Source: Paraspadella gotoi (taxonomy: Eukaryota > Animalia > Chaetognatha). Taken from it: DNA of 64,000 nt. Below, in pieces: positions 1 to 13,189 of the stretch; the first letter of the stretch is position 1; each line of letters begins with the position of its first letter. Under the pieces are notes generated by a model. It saw nothing but the letters and a program-made list of their open reading frames with translations. It had not been told where the DNA came from and made no database searches. The position numbers were made by a program, and so were the translations under genes. The stretch spans positions 21,658,010 to 21,722,009 of the forward strand of contig CM119268.1 of NCBI GenBank assembly GCA_051294375.1, read 5' to 3'.

Positions 1-560
1 TTTTGGTTCCGATTCCATCTGCGATGCAATGAAAACGATTTATTGATGCGATAATAGTGGATACAATAATAATAATAATAATAATAGGTTGATAATCAAT
101 CATTAATCAATGAAACAATGATGTCAGACAAAAAAATTCATAAATAAATAGAAAGAGATAGAACATAATATTCACTAGATATTTTGGTTTTCTAATTTAA
201 ACTCATTTTCTACAGCTAGGATTCCATATAAACTTTATATCCAGCTCAATCACTTACTTTCCACCTCTCACACAAAATATCATTTCAATTCATCCATCCG
301 ATCACGAGTAATTGGAGTTTAATGCTAAGGGGAGACGGACGGACGGACATATTTTTTTTGCATAATTTATCATAATTTGATGTTCTTATATGATGATAAA
401 TGATTTACTGACAAGATTTTGGGGTGGGACCGACGGACCGACAAAGTGAACTATAGAGTCGACTAAAAAATATTATGAGATTTATCGTAACTCATCCGAT
501 TAGATGATAATATCTAAATTACAGATCCGACCTTGTTAGCATAAACTTGTTTTCTTTAAG

Positions 561-3276
561 GTCAGGAATTGATGGAGAATGGATTTGAAATACCTGATTT
601 CCTTAATGTAGCAGAGTGTAGGAAATGGCCAGAATTGTGGATGCAAACTATAGAACAATTCTCATTGTTTGCAACAAGAATTCTTGCTTCTATTATTCCA
701 GAAACAGAAATATTATATCAAGTGGTCCTCCGGTTAAGTATATATTGTTCTTTGTGATTATAGGCTCTTTTTATAGGAGGAAAAAGAAAATCGAATTATA
801 CCATTTCTGGAATGATGAAACAGATTTTATCATCAATTTCTATTTACCTGTTTTAGTACTTTGTTGCTGTAAAAATCTAAAGTATATGTAATCTTGGTAG
901 AAATTGGCTGAAAATTAATTGTCCTGATTAAATTATGATAAAACAATACAACTAATGGTATTTAATATGTGCCTTAGACTTTAATCTGCTGAATAAAATC
1001 AGTTGACTTAAAATAAGTCATATATGAACTTAGATATAACTTAAATTAATTAAAAATTACATTTTTAAAGATTTTTGGGGCTTTTTTTGGTAGTATCTCA
1101 ATAAATATTTATCATAAAGAGTTGGCAATAGGCTCAAAATAAAGGTCACATCTTATAGTTTCTATAAATTAAGGAAAATTATATCATATCATTATTTAAA
1201 AATTTAATTAATATTTTTTCAAATTTTTTAGGGGATGATGTGCCTATATTTAAACTTGAAGAAAAATTTTATTTATGAATTAATTGAAAGAAGACTGTCT
1301 ATAGAACTCGTTGTTATCCTAAATTTTTTAGATTAAAGTCTTATTAAGTTCTCAATAATACTCACCATTTCATTATTTTTTAAAGAAAAAAATTATATAT
1401 TTTGATTAATAACTTTTTAGCCAAAAGTCGCATAAAGTTGGGAGTGGTCTTAAATTAAAGCTCTTGGTTTAATTATATATAGATGTTTGAATTGAGTCTA
1501 TATTTAGAAAAATTAAAACAAAAGTTATCAAATTTTCTCAAAAATTAACTTACCAACTTCAACTGCAATTAAAAAAAAACTGAGTTGCGAAAAATTTTTC
1601 GACTTTGCCTAAGCTCTTGTCCTGACATCAACCTTTCAGGTTTTCATCATTCCAGAGATGGTATATTTCCATTTTCTTTTTCCTCCTATAAAAAGAACCG
1701 TGAGCTGGTAATGTCAACAATAATTGTATGTATATTGTATATGTATTATGCTACCACAAGCAATAAACTCAAGGACAGGAAATAGAAAGATTAAAAGGTT
1801 GTCTGATCCAATGCTGGGTTATACTTATGCGGGTTAAGAAACGGGGGGAAGTAAAAATGTTATTTAATTTCATTTCACTTCAACATTTCTCTTTAAAATA
1901 TAAAGCTTTTTCTCTAATGTATTTTTCAAATTCCATAATGTACAAAAAAAGTCGGGCTCACCAGTAACCAGTAACCACGTGTGGAAGGATATGTTCATAT
2001 CACAAGGTTTAGATTGAGAATGAGTTATTCTCCAAGGAAAAACAATAACTAACAATTGAATATGTTAAGATAATAAGATAATAGGATAAATAAGGAAATG
2101 CAAAATGGGAGAAATCTTACAGTGGAAAGAATTGAGAGAGATAGAAAGATATCCAATTTAAGAATTGAGAGAGATAGAAAGATATCCAATTTAAGAAATG
2201 AGAGAGATAGAAAGATCCAATTTAAGAATTGAGAGAGATAGAAAGATATCCAATTGAAGAATTGAGAGAGATAGAAAGATATCCAATTTAAGAATTGAGA
2301 GAGATAGAAAGATATCCAATTTAAGAATTGAGAGATATAGAAAGATATCCAATTAAAGAATTGAGAGAGATAGAAAGATATCCAATTTAAGAATTGAGAG
2401 AGATAGAAAGATATCCAATTAAAGAATTGAGAGAGATAAAAAGATATCCAATTTAAGAATTGAGAGAGATAGAAAGATATCCAATTTAAGAATTGAGAAA
2501 GATTGAAAGATATCCAATTTAAGAATTGAGAGATATAGAAAGATATCCAATTAAAGAATTGAGACAGATAGAAAGATATCCAATTTAAGATTGTCTTAGA
2601 ACTTCAACGCAGGTAATCGTGGAACAACTCAATAACTCACTTTTCGGTCGGTCGGTCAGTATATCTGTCCATTGGTCTGTTTTACTTATGTTTTAAAAGC
2701 ATAAAAACTCTGGTAATTACGTTCATATTTGTTAGGAAGGTAAGGTACCATAAGACTTTTAATGTGTATCTTCTAAAGTAATTAAGTTAAAAGTTTGCAG
2801 ATAAGTGATAAACAATAGTATTTTGTGGTATATGTGGATAAGGCGCTACTTTCCTTAACTTCTGTGCCCCCTCATCAGCAATGGAACGGGTCCTGGGCTT
2901 GGAACAAGGCTTGAGGGTTTTCCACGTTCCCAAGGCAGTTTAGGGCCGTCCTCATGCTTCCCGGAGGGTAGGTACCGGGTTGGGATTGAACTCGGTACCT
3001 AGTGGTCATGAGCTGATGGCTTTACTGAAGGTGTCAGGCTTATAGACAGGGTGAACTTCGTCAATGCCCGACTACTTATATATATATTTATTAGTTTGAT
3101 AATCATAAGATAACCCCAAAATAGTTACTGCAGTGCAACACATTGGAATTGGAATTATCATTACCGTTTCCCTGATTGAAGATTAATTAATTAATTGATT
3201 AATTCCTTACTGTTCTTCAGTTCTTTCCGCAGTCTCCTCCAATAGCTCCTCTCTAATTGAGACTGTATTTTTCTTT

Positions 3277-3308
<32 letters not shown>

Positions 3309-3831
3309 TTTTTTTCTTTCTTTTTTTCTTTTCTTTTTGTGTTTTGAAGCTATTTCTTATTCAAAAGATATGATTGTATTAAAGTTGTTTATATACTATA
3401 GCTTATTATAATCAAACAGTTTCATAACTAATAATTTTATGATCAATGAATATTTATAATTTGGAGAAGAATTAGACAATTTAGAATCGAACCTTCATTT
3501 CCTTTCTTACTGTTTATCTCTCTCTCTTTCTTTTTTTTTCAGTCTGGGCTACTAAGTACTTATATCAGCTGCGCTTTATTAAATTATTTGTATCAAGGTC
3601 CTTTGTTTGTCCTTCCTCAGTATAAAAACTATTACATCTGAATTCCTACTTTTTAAATTTAGGAACCACGACTATTTAAGAGATAATATTCGGGAGGTAA
3701 TGAAAAAGATCCAGAAAAGTTTGCACCTATACCCAAGGATAAATCCGTCATCACATTCTAATGACAACTCTGGAACATTTAACTCCCCTCCAAAGTCCTT
3801 GAATAAGAATGAGGAAATATGGAGTTTTTAA
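561..3831 (+). CDS. 3' end (last two coding exons) of a PDE10-like phosphodiesterase-family paralogue; gene starts upstream of the window
   Basis: Exons 561-732 (GQELMENGFEIPDFLNVAECRKWPELWMQTIEQFSLFATRILASIIPETEILYQVVLR) and 3663-3831 (NHDYLRDNIREVMKKIQKSL...WSF*), with AG/GT boundaries in phase. The first exon has the same length (172 nt) and phase as exon 34281-34452 and 32/58 identical residues; it is colinear with the C-terminal helices of class I PDE catalytic domains. Confidence 0.85.
2130..2590. repeat. 33-bp tandem repeat, ~14 copies
   Basis: Unit aattgagagagatagaaagatatccaatttaag, head to tail without spacers. Confidence 0.95.
2833..3076 (-). mobile_element. Diverged solo LTR of TRIM family A
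   Basis: Colinear with the family A LTR (tgtggataaggcg...gggattgaactcggtacctagtggtcatgagctgatgg...caatgcccgactac) with internal deletions. Confidence 0.8.
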
Positions 3832-4879
3832 AAAATCAACCAAATATATATTTTGTATATATGTAGTTTTTATTAAGGATTTTCTTTATAACTTTAAGCT
3901 CTTTTCCGAGTGCGCTCAATTTCTCTTCTTAATTTTAACCTCGCCTAATCGTTAACAATAATCCTAAACTCTAATCTTTAATCTGCAATCCTAAACCTTA
4001 ATCCTATGCCTTATTTATCTAATCTCTAATCCCTCACTGTAATAAAAAATTAAACCCTTTACCCCATAACCTAAGCCTACTGCTTAATCTGACCAAAACC
4101 TGAAAGTCATTTAATAATATTTTTTAAATCTAAAAATAAACCTAATTCCAAATTTAAGATGAATTGTGGCGTTCTGGGAAAATAAGGCCTAACTTTAACT
4201 CTATCCCTTAATTTTTTTATTAACAAGCAAAATGACATGCCATGGATGACTTATCATTTTATAATTACATATGGCAGATTGTATATAACAATTTAAGCAA
4301 AACGCCAACATCAAAAACAAAGAATAATGTTTTCGTGTGTAGACTTAGGCTGTACTGATAATGTGAAATAAAATTTGTTTAAACAAAACTGCTTATAATA
4401 CCTACTATTTTTTAGTTGCAGTGAGACTCTCTTTAGTCTGTCTGTCTAGAGCTCGAACAATCTGAATGTTTGCGATTTTTAGTCGGATCTACTTATCAGC
4501 AAATCAACACACAAACTCGTAAATTTTATTACGACAAATTTTGCCATTTGAATGCAGACGTTTTCCTCTATATCTCAATATATCCATTGGAGGAATTTAA
4601 AAGCGATTTTTTGCATGTCAATATTGAAATCGTCCTCCAGGAACCGGCATAAAAATATTTATAAAAAGTAAACTTATATTAGCTTTCGAACGAGGTATTG
4701 ACGTAATCTTTCCCTCCTTTCACCACCAGATTGGCAGAAAAGACCCCTTGTCATTTTTTTTACTTTTGGAATTTTATTATCTCGCTTTCACCTACATATT
4801 CACACATCTACAGAGCATGTCTTGACTCGTGTTGAATGTTTTGTCTGAGTGTCATAGTAATAACAGGGAGTATATTCCA

Positions 4880-5210
4880 GTGTTCAAAGCACATAAATCC
4901 AATAAAAATTACCAGCCCGCATATTACATCTCATATTGGCTCCCCATTAATTCAAAGCCATTTCAAAGACATTGAAAGAAATCCTCTTATTTGCACAAAT
5001 TCCTTTGAATTTGTCCAAAAAATTAAAAATATAAAATATAAAACTAAAATCAGAAGACAAAATGTTTTCCTTTGATGCAACAGCTTTTTTTCCCCATCTG
5101 TTCCGATTTCTGATTTCCTTAACCATTTTGTGTATAAAATGAAAGAAACAGAACAAAACTCACCAACTGAGATAAAAAACTTAATCGACATGTGTCTTTC
5201 TTCGTGAGAT
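4880..5210 (+). pseudogene. Frameshifted Penelope-like reverse transcriptase relic
   Basis: Across frames: KAHK..ITSHIGSP..NSFEFVQKIKNIK..KMFSFDATAFF(P)SVPI..IKNLIDMCL, matching PLE RT motifs (PKIHK..RPIVS..GSP; SFDVxxLFxxVP). Confidence 0.65.
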
Positions 5211-5917
5211 TTCATGTCTGACCGCCGGCATCACACAACTATCAAAGGCGAACGGTCGACAGAATCTCTTCGTCGCCCGAACAGATTCCAAAAGAGAAAC
5301 AATTTTTGATTACCCTTTTAGTTTGTTTAAAAAAACGACTTTTGCGAAAAGTCCATAAAAATTAATCCTTCTTTAAAAAATTTTGTGTTTAGCTTAAAGA
5401 TATTATGCTAAGGGTAAAAAGAAGAAACCAGTCAATTCTTTGGGTCACAAGGTAATCTTTACCGTTGCCTATGATAACAATAATATAGAATATGACAGAA
5501 TATTATTAAATTGTAGCTTTTTGTATATAATCAGATAATTTTAGCCGACGCGACGTTTTTGCTCCAATTTTTTATTGTTCCTTGATACAAATGAAGTAGT
5601 TAACTTTTCCTGATTGTCTTGAATTTCTTTTAAGATATGTTTTCCCATGAATTGTTTCTCCTGCTTGATACATGAAAAGTTGTAATGAAATTTTTAGTGA
5701 GGCCCTTTGGAACCAAAAAAAAAAGGTGCCGGTGACACTTTTTCAAACTTAGAGGGAACAAAACTGCGTGACCGACAGGTATGTCCGTCTTTTGGTCTAA
5801 TTGATTGATTGCTTGATTGATTGAGCTGATGAGTGATTTATTGAGCGAAAATCTATTTTTGCAAGTTAAAATGTAAATGTCTTTATTTAAAACCCAAGAA
5901 CGTGAGACTAAGAGACG

Positions 5918-8900
5918 ATGTTTCCACGTTTACCTCCTCGTCCATCATGGATTGAATATTCGTTGATGGAGGAGAGATACTTCGACGCGACTCAGGGCAA
6001 CATTAAACAAATGGCTCAAAACCCGGATACCTTTTGGATGCCCACTAAACCGTTTGCCGGGTGGGCTCTCCAGTAAGTTTAATTATCTTTTGTTTTCATT
6101 AACTTTTACATAGTAAATAAACATATTTATAAGATATACATAAACATGAGGAAAAAAATTTTGTTGGGTGTTAGGATAAATATGATATTAAAAAGTAATA
6201 TTTTTTTTATTGAGTAATATTTTTTATGTCAGCAAAAATTAGTCAATATTCAAGTCGATCCAATGTCGATCGAATCTGTTTATGTTTTTTAGCAAATTAC
6301 TTAAAACATAAACTTAAAAATTTTTGTTTTAAATTGGCGTGTATGTCGAAAGAATTAGTTTACAACACCATGAAAATTAACGTGGCGAAACTTACCCAAG
6401 CAAATTTTTTTCACATTTTTCAGTCTCTTAATTAGGGATTAGCAGTATTTCGACGAAATTTTTATTTTTCTATCGGCCGAAAAATAATAGGGAATTTGAT
6501 TCAAAAAACAAGGCTTTTTGAAATATTTACTGTATGGAAATACAAAAAAGAAAAATTTTATTTTTTAAATCTAGGTACTGTAAGGGTAAGTCTAACTAAA
6601 AACCGAAAAAGAATCTTTCAATAAGAAAAATATTGGAATAGTACAGAGAGCAATATTTCTTTTTATTGTTGTGCAAAAACTAGGCTTTCCTCGCAAAACC
6701 TCTGGTTACAGGAAATGCAAATGGGTTTTCTCTCAACAAATTGATCATTCTTGATTCCCCAAAAATGATGCGCAAAAATGCGCCAGCAGCAGTTCCAGCG
6801 ATAGTCATTTTATATCATCTTTCTTATTGTATATTAAGGCCAATGAATCATCAATATGTATCAAACTGATATAATATATTTATTATGATCTTAAGATTTA
6901 TCATGCCTTTTTTCTGCTTACAACAATTCCTCCTTTGCTAAATATACTTGATACCTATAATTATTATAATGGGTAATATCTTTATTTACAGTCTTTTTTT
7001 TAACTAAGTTCAAATATAAACCTAAAGAACCATTGTTGATCCACAATTTCTGATACTTTTAATAAAATTGGTCCTGTGACTTTTACATGGTGAATCTTTG
7101 TTTCTTTTTATCTATGATTTGAGATTTATTTTCGGTATTCGTTTTTTCTTTGATTTTAAAGAATCAAAACCGAAAAATAATCGACTTAGAATCGGAGATT
7201 GTATAAAAATAAAAGAGAAAAGAAAAGGGAGGAAAGGGAAAGAGATGAGTGGATAAAGTGGCGCAGCTTTACGTCAATTTACGCCATTCTACGCCAAAGC
7301 ATTTTAACTTAATAGCTTTATTTGGAAAATGAAAAAAAGTTTTTACGCCACAAAATTAAATGATTTTAATATGGTTTTCTTTTCATTTTACGCCATTCTA
7401 CGCCAAACCTGTATAAAAAAAGCCGGAAAAATATTTAAATCAACTTAACTGAGTAGTTTTTACTAAAAAATAAACAAAAAGTCTTTACGCCACAGAATTA
7501 GATAATATTTATATCGTTTTTTGTTCATTTTACGCCATTCTACGCCACATCTGTATAAAAAATGCCGGATAAATCTTTAAAACCACTTAACCGAATAGCT
7601 TTTACAAGAAAATAATCAGAAAGACTTTACGCCACATCATGATATCATATTAAACGGTTTTACCTTCATTTCACGCCATTTTACGCCACAATTCTTTTCC
7701 AAATTTAAATATAAACATTTACACTTATTTAACATAATATACTTTAAAATTTTCTTTTGAAAAATCATTAACGCCACACATGTAACTATGAAATAATATG
7801 TTTTGGCGTAGTTTTTACGCCACCAGCGCCAACAAACACGTAAAAAAAAGAAATCAAATCTGAATCCAATACTACTATGTATTTTTAATTAAAAAAAAGC
7901 GTTTTCAAAAATTTTTGTTGAGTATCCTTGACAGCAGAAAGGAGGCAGAAACGTTACTCCAAATTGACGTAAATCAGTTGGCGTAAATCAAATATTTAAA
8001 AGGCAAACTTGGAATTAACGATTAAAGTACACTTCGTTAGGCTTAATATAAGGTTTAAAACCATCGTATGAACAAAATCAGTATTTTTAAAATTTTTGTG
8101 CAATACCCTATCTTAATTTAATAAAAAAAATTTTTTTTAAATATTTTGATCATTTAAAGAATTTTGCATTTTCAAAAAAATCAGATTGTATCTATTTCAT
8201 TTTGCTACAATCAGATTTTTTTTAATATATTTTATTTTAGAAGAGAAAAATTCTCAATGAGCATAGCTTAGGTTATTTTTTTTTTTTTTTTTGATTTTTT
8301 AAAAATTATATTTTTATTCAAGTTGATGTTTGTACTTTTATGAATAAAACAAAAGTCATATGAAGATAAAGGAGACGAATTGGATAGGTAAGAGCATAAA
8401 AGGTAAAGAGCAGGAAGAAAAGGTAAGTAAAGAGAGAGAGATTAAAGGTAAAAAAGAGAAATAGATAAAGGGAAAAAGACAAAAAATAGAGAGAGATAGA
8501 GAGTGAGAAAAGAGTTGTTGAAGTTGTCGTGGTTGTTATTGCTATAGTTATTATTGTTGTTGTCACATATTTTGAAGTGAAAAAAAATTAAATAGTAAAA
8601 ATTATCTTTTTTTTTAATCTATTTCTGCTAGTAGGATTTTGTCCAAACGTAGGATTGAGCTCAACCACTTTTCTTGCCACATACAAAAATTCAGGTTAAT
8701 CCATCAATTCATGGATGGACTCAATTTTTTTAAATAGTTTTTTATAATTTGGCATTCTATTGTGAAACAAGTTATTTACGGACAAGATATGAAGGGTCGA
8801 CGGACAAACCGACAAACCGACAAACATAAATTTCTATTTGTTATCCTGTATTTAGTCATATCTTAACAACCAGATAGGGTTTTGCATTGATTTTTTGTTC

Positions 8901-11900
8901 ACATACAACGAAAACCATAATGTTTTATATAACCCATTCAGAGATGTTGATTTCAATAATCTTTTTCTGGAAGCATACTCGGCACCACGTTAATTTTCAT
9001 CGTGTCTTACATGGTGAAGACTTCCCCAAGTTGGCACTAATCAAAGTTTTGAATGCTATTTTTTTATTTTATTATTACACGAGAGAGAGAGACAAGACAG
9101 AAATTGTTCCTCCCGACCCTTGTATTGTTATATTTTCAGTGAATCAATTTCCTCTGACGCTCTGCCTCTTATCAACCAGGATACAGGTATTTTAAAAGTT
9201 GATGATTATAAAATTCAAAAAATATCAAAAATGATAGATTAATTAATAATAAAACATCATCATCTTCAAGAAATTTGGATGAAAAAAAAAAGTTTGCAAA
9301 AAATTGTTTCCGACGAATTTACTGATGAGTTTGAAGAGCATGGAGTAGAATTATTTGCGTAAGTCAGTCAGTAGTTAATGCATTAAAATTATAAAAAAGT
9401 ATTTGCATTCAAGTGAAAAAAAAGAAAACTCCAAAACTTATACATTAAAATTATGGCAGACTTTTGATTAGGAAAATTTGAACCTCCTAAGTAATTGGAA
9501 GCGGTCATCTTTAAAACTAAACAAGTTTGAGCAAGCAATATCGGATCTGCCTACGATAATTAAGCGGTATTAAGCTAATACGATGATAAATCATGGTAAT
9601 TTTTCTGACCCTCAATTTGTGATTATAAAAAATTATAACAGACTTCTTAATAAATCTATGAAAAAATATATAAATAAATTGATTTATCAATCATTACCAG
9701 TAGCTGTGCCCATACCAACTCGCATAATTTGGTCAACTTTCATAATTTAATCAACTAGCATAATTTAGTCAATTGACATAATTTGGTCATCTGGCGTAAT
9801 TTGGTTGACTGGTATATTTTTTTCAACTTGTAAAATGTGGTTAACTGGCATAATTTGGTCAACCCGCATAAATTTGTTAACCCGCATAATTTGGTCAACT
9901 GATGTAATTTGGTCAACTGGCATAATTTGGTCAACTGGTATAATTTGGTCAACTGGCATTATTTGGTTAACTTGCTTAATTTGGTAATCTGACATATTGA
10001 GGTCAACTGGCATAATTTGGCAACTGGAATAATTTGGTCGACTTGCATAATTTGATCAACTTGCATAATTTTATCAACTTCCATAAATTAATCAACTTGC
10101 ATCATTTGATCAACTGGCATAATTTGGTCAACTGGCATAATTTTGTCAACTGACAAAATATGGTCAACTGGCATAATTTGGTCAACAGGCATAACTTGGT
10201 CAACTGGCATAATTTTTTCAACTTGTATAATTTGGTCAATTTGCAAAATGTGGTCAACTGGCATAATTTGATCAACTGGCATAATTTGGACAACTGGCAT
10301 AATTTGGTCAACTGACATAATTTGTTCAACTGCAAAATTTGGTCAACCGGGATAATTTCGGTCAATTGGCATAATTTGGTCAATCAATCAATGAATCAAT
10401 CAGAGAGAGATAGAGAGAAAAATTTTAAACTCTTTTCCACTCTTACGATTCCATCAAAAACTTATATCCAGCTTGATCTCATAGTTTCCTACCCATACTC
10501 AAAATTTCATTTAAATTTATATATCCAGCTTTTAATAAATATAACAATTATGAGTAAGTATAAGTAAAAATGCCTCAACTAAATATAACTTTGGTTTTTT
10601 CCATTTAAACTCTTTTCCACTCGGACGATTCCATTGAAACTACATATCCAGCTCAATCACACACTTACCCACCCACACATAAAATTTCATTCCAATCCAT
10701 TCATCCAATCACGAGTAATTGGAGTTTAATGCTAAGGGGGGACAGACGGACGGACATAATTATTTTGCATAATTTTTCTTAATTCGATGTTCGGATATGA
10801 TAAAAATCATTTACTTGCAAGATTTAGGGGGTGGACCGACGGACCGACAAAGTGAATTATAGAGTCGGAATCTGCTGACATCACAGAGGAATGAAAAAAA
10901 AACTATATTGACAAAAGTGACATTTTATCATAATTTTGTATTAATTTTTCTAGATGATTAAAAAGTAATAAAGTTTTAACTAATGTTGATTACAAGAAAA
11001 TACACATGAAAGGAAAGTCGCTTCGGCGCGAGAAGGACGGTTTTTGTTTTTCATCTCATTTATATAAAAAGTAAAGGATTCTGCACTAGAGTGGAGCACT
11101 GGGAAACATAAATTTCATTTGAGTGAACAAACAAGGATATTTAGATGTGAGATAGTATGATTAAAGAGTACAAAAAATATTTTGTTTAATGTTTATATTG
11201 TTTGGGGAACGGTATCATTAATTACAATATGTTTATAGTAATATCCTTATAAACTCGTAAATTTTTAAAATAATTTTTTTTTTTATTTTTATTATAGATT
11301 CTGATTCTTCATAAAAAGTTAGATCAAAAATATAAAATATGTTATTAAAAATTTCAATGTCTTCAGCGTCAAATTTTTTTACACTTGGTAATAGAAACTA
11401 TTATATGATGAAATGTTTTCGTCATTTTTCGCAATTTTAACCTAAAAATATCCTGATAGAGTATCATTATTTAAAAAGGTTTTCTTTATAGGTTAAATAC
11501 CAAATCTGGTAAGATTCCATTAAGTATCCGAATACTCGAATACTTCAGCCATCGTCATCCACAACAATTTTACAAAGCGATTACACAACTGAACGCTTGG
11601 GAATTCGACAAAAATATATCTCCGGGAGATATGCTGCTTTTTAAAAGGTGTAAATGTTTTCCCCCTGCTTTTTATTACCATGCATAGTAAAAAAAAATAT
11701 GGCGTTTTAGTTTTAGCAATTAAAAATACAGGTGAGATTTATAAAAGAAAAGAAGCATAAAATATAATGACCTTCAAAATTTATAATTTCATTACTAATG
11801 AATAGATTAAAAAATAATGCATGGATCAAGACCTACAGAGGTTAAATTATGTATAGTGTACATTGTATATGTTAACTGGATAATTTAATAAATATTTTTA

Positions 11901-12306
11901 TAAGAATGAAAATAAACAAGTTTAAACAAATAATGTTGCTCCTGGCCACGATCATTCATATCAAAAAATAATGGATGATTCAATTTTAATTTGTTTAATT
12001 TGAATTTTTTAGTCATCGTCTCGCATAGTTAGTATAATAGTTACAGCATTTGCAGTTTTTGAAGGTATTATGGTAGTTAGAATATAGTATATAGTATTTA
12101 TAGTCTCTTCGGAGGCGTGGGTTTGAATCCCACCGCTGTCACCACATTGAGGAAAAACTCATGGATTTCAAGGATAAAATTGAAATGAGATTTATTCTTA
12201 ACAAAGAATTGAGAAAGGACAGTGGTAAGTGGTGAGGATAGTTTTTAGATATGGCCAGATTGAGTAAGTTGTGAAAAGAAGTGAAATTTGGTTAAAGAGA
12301 GTAATT

Positions 12307-12346
<40 letters not shown>

Positions 12347-13152
12347 AAAACTTTGTAAACAATTACATTTGAGCAATGTACAACAGAGATAAATATAAAC
12401 TTGAAAAATTATGACTAATGATAATTAACGAATTCTAATAGATTAATTTTGGAATATTAAAATATGAAGGATTGAAAGTCAACTGATACCTCTGAATCTC
12501 CTGCAGCAACTCAGTCTCTTTCTCTGGGATCTGAGCGTCATCCCAAGCGTTGGCTGCAGGAGGATGAAGAGGAGTCCACCATTCCTGCTAAAAAATGGTT
12601 AGAGTGGACTCCCGCCCTACCTCACCATCAGGTGAGAAGAGGGCCGTTGGCAGGTGTATCAGGCCTGAGGGATATAAGGGTGGCTATTTCCACAGGGAAC
12701 AATACCCGACCCGGCCAATATGAGATTAACCTTATTATCCTCACAGCCTATGACACGCCACTGACCCGGCACCATCAGCAATGCCTTTCATTCATGTGAC
12801 ATTTCACTATCATCTAATCTAACCAATTTCTAATTTCAATTTTCATACTTTCAATCCTTCATATTTTAATTTTCCAAAATTAATTTATTTAAATTTGTTA
12901 ATTATCAGTAGTCATAATTTTTCAAGTTTGTATTTATCTCTGTTGTATATTGCTCTAATTTAATAGTTTACAAAGTTTTTTTTCTTTCTTTCTCCCTCTC
13001 TCTCTCTTTCTCTCTATCTCTCTCTCTCCCAATTATTCCCTTTGACCAAATTTCACTTCTTTTCATAACTTACTCAATCTGGCCTTATCTAAAAACTTTC
13101 CTCACCACTTTCCACGGTCCTTTCTCAATTCTTTGTCGGAAACTTTTAACTT

Positions 13153-13189
<37 letters not shown>

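Noticed and set aside
760-1700. Short inverted similarity 765-820 versus 1640-1700 (EEKEN..IPFLE)
   Set aside because: Probably two decayed RT fragments of a repeat; too short and degenerate to annotate.
2130-2590. 33-bp repeat array as CRISPR
   Set aside because: Units are contiguous with no unique spacers, no cas genes, eukaryotic context.
6600-6990. Minus-strand HIDD / FLG RT-like motifs
   Set aside because: Only two weak motifs with no continuous frame.
9755-10383. Repetitive ORFs (LTKLCQ / VDQIMP)n
   Set aside because: By-product of an 18-bp minisatellite inside a HINE; interrupted by stops and with no splice support.
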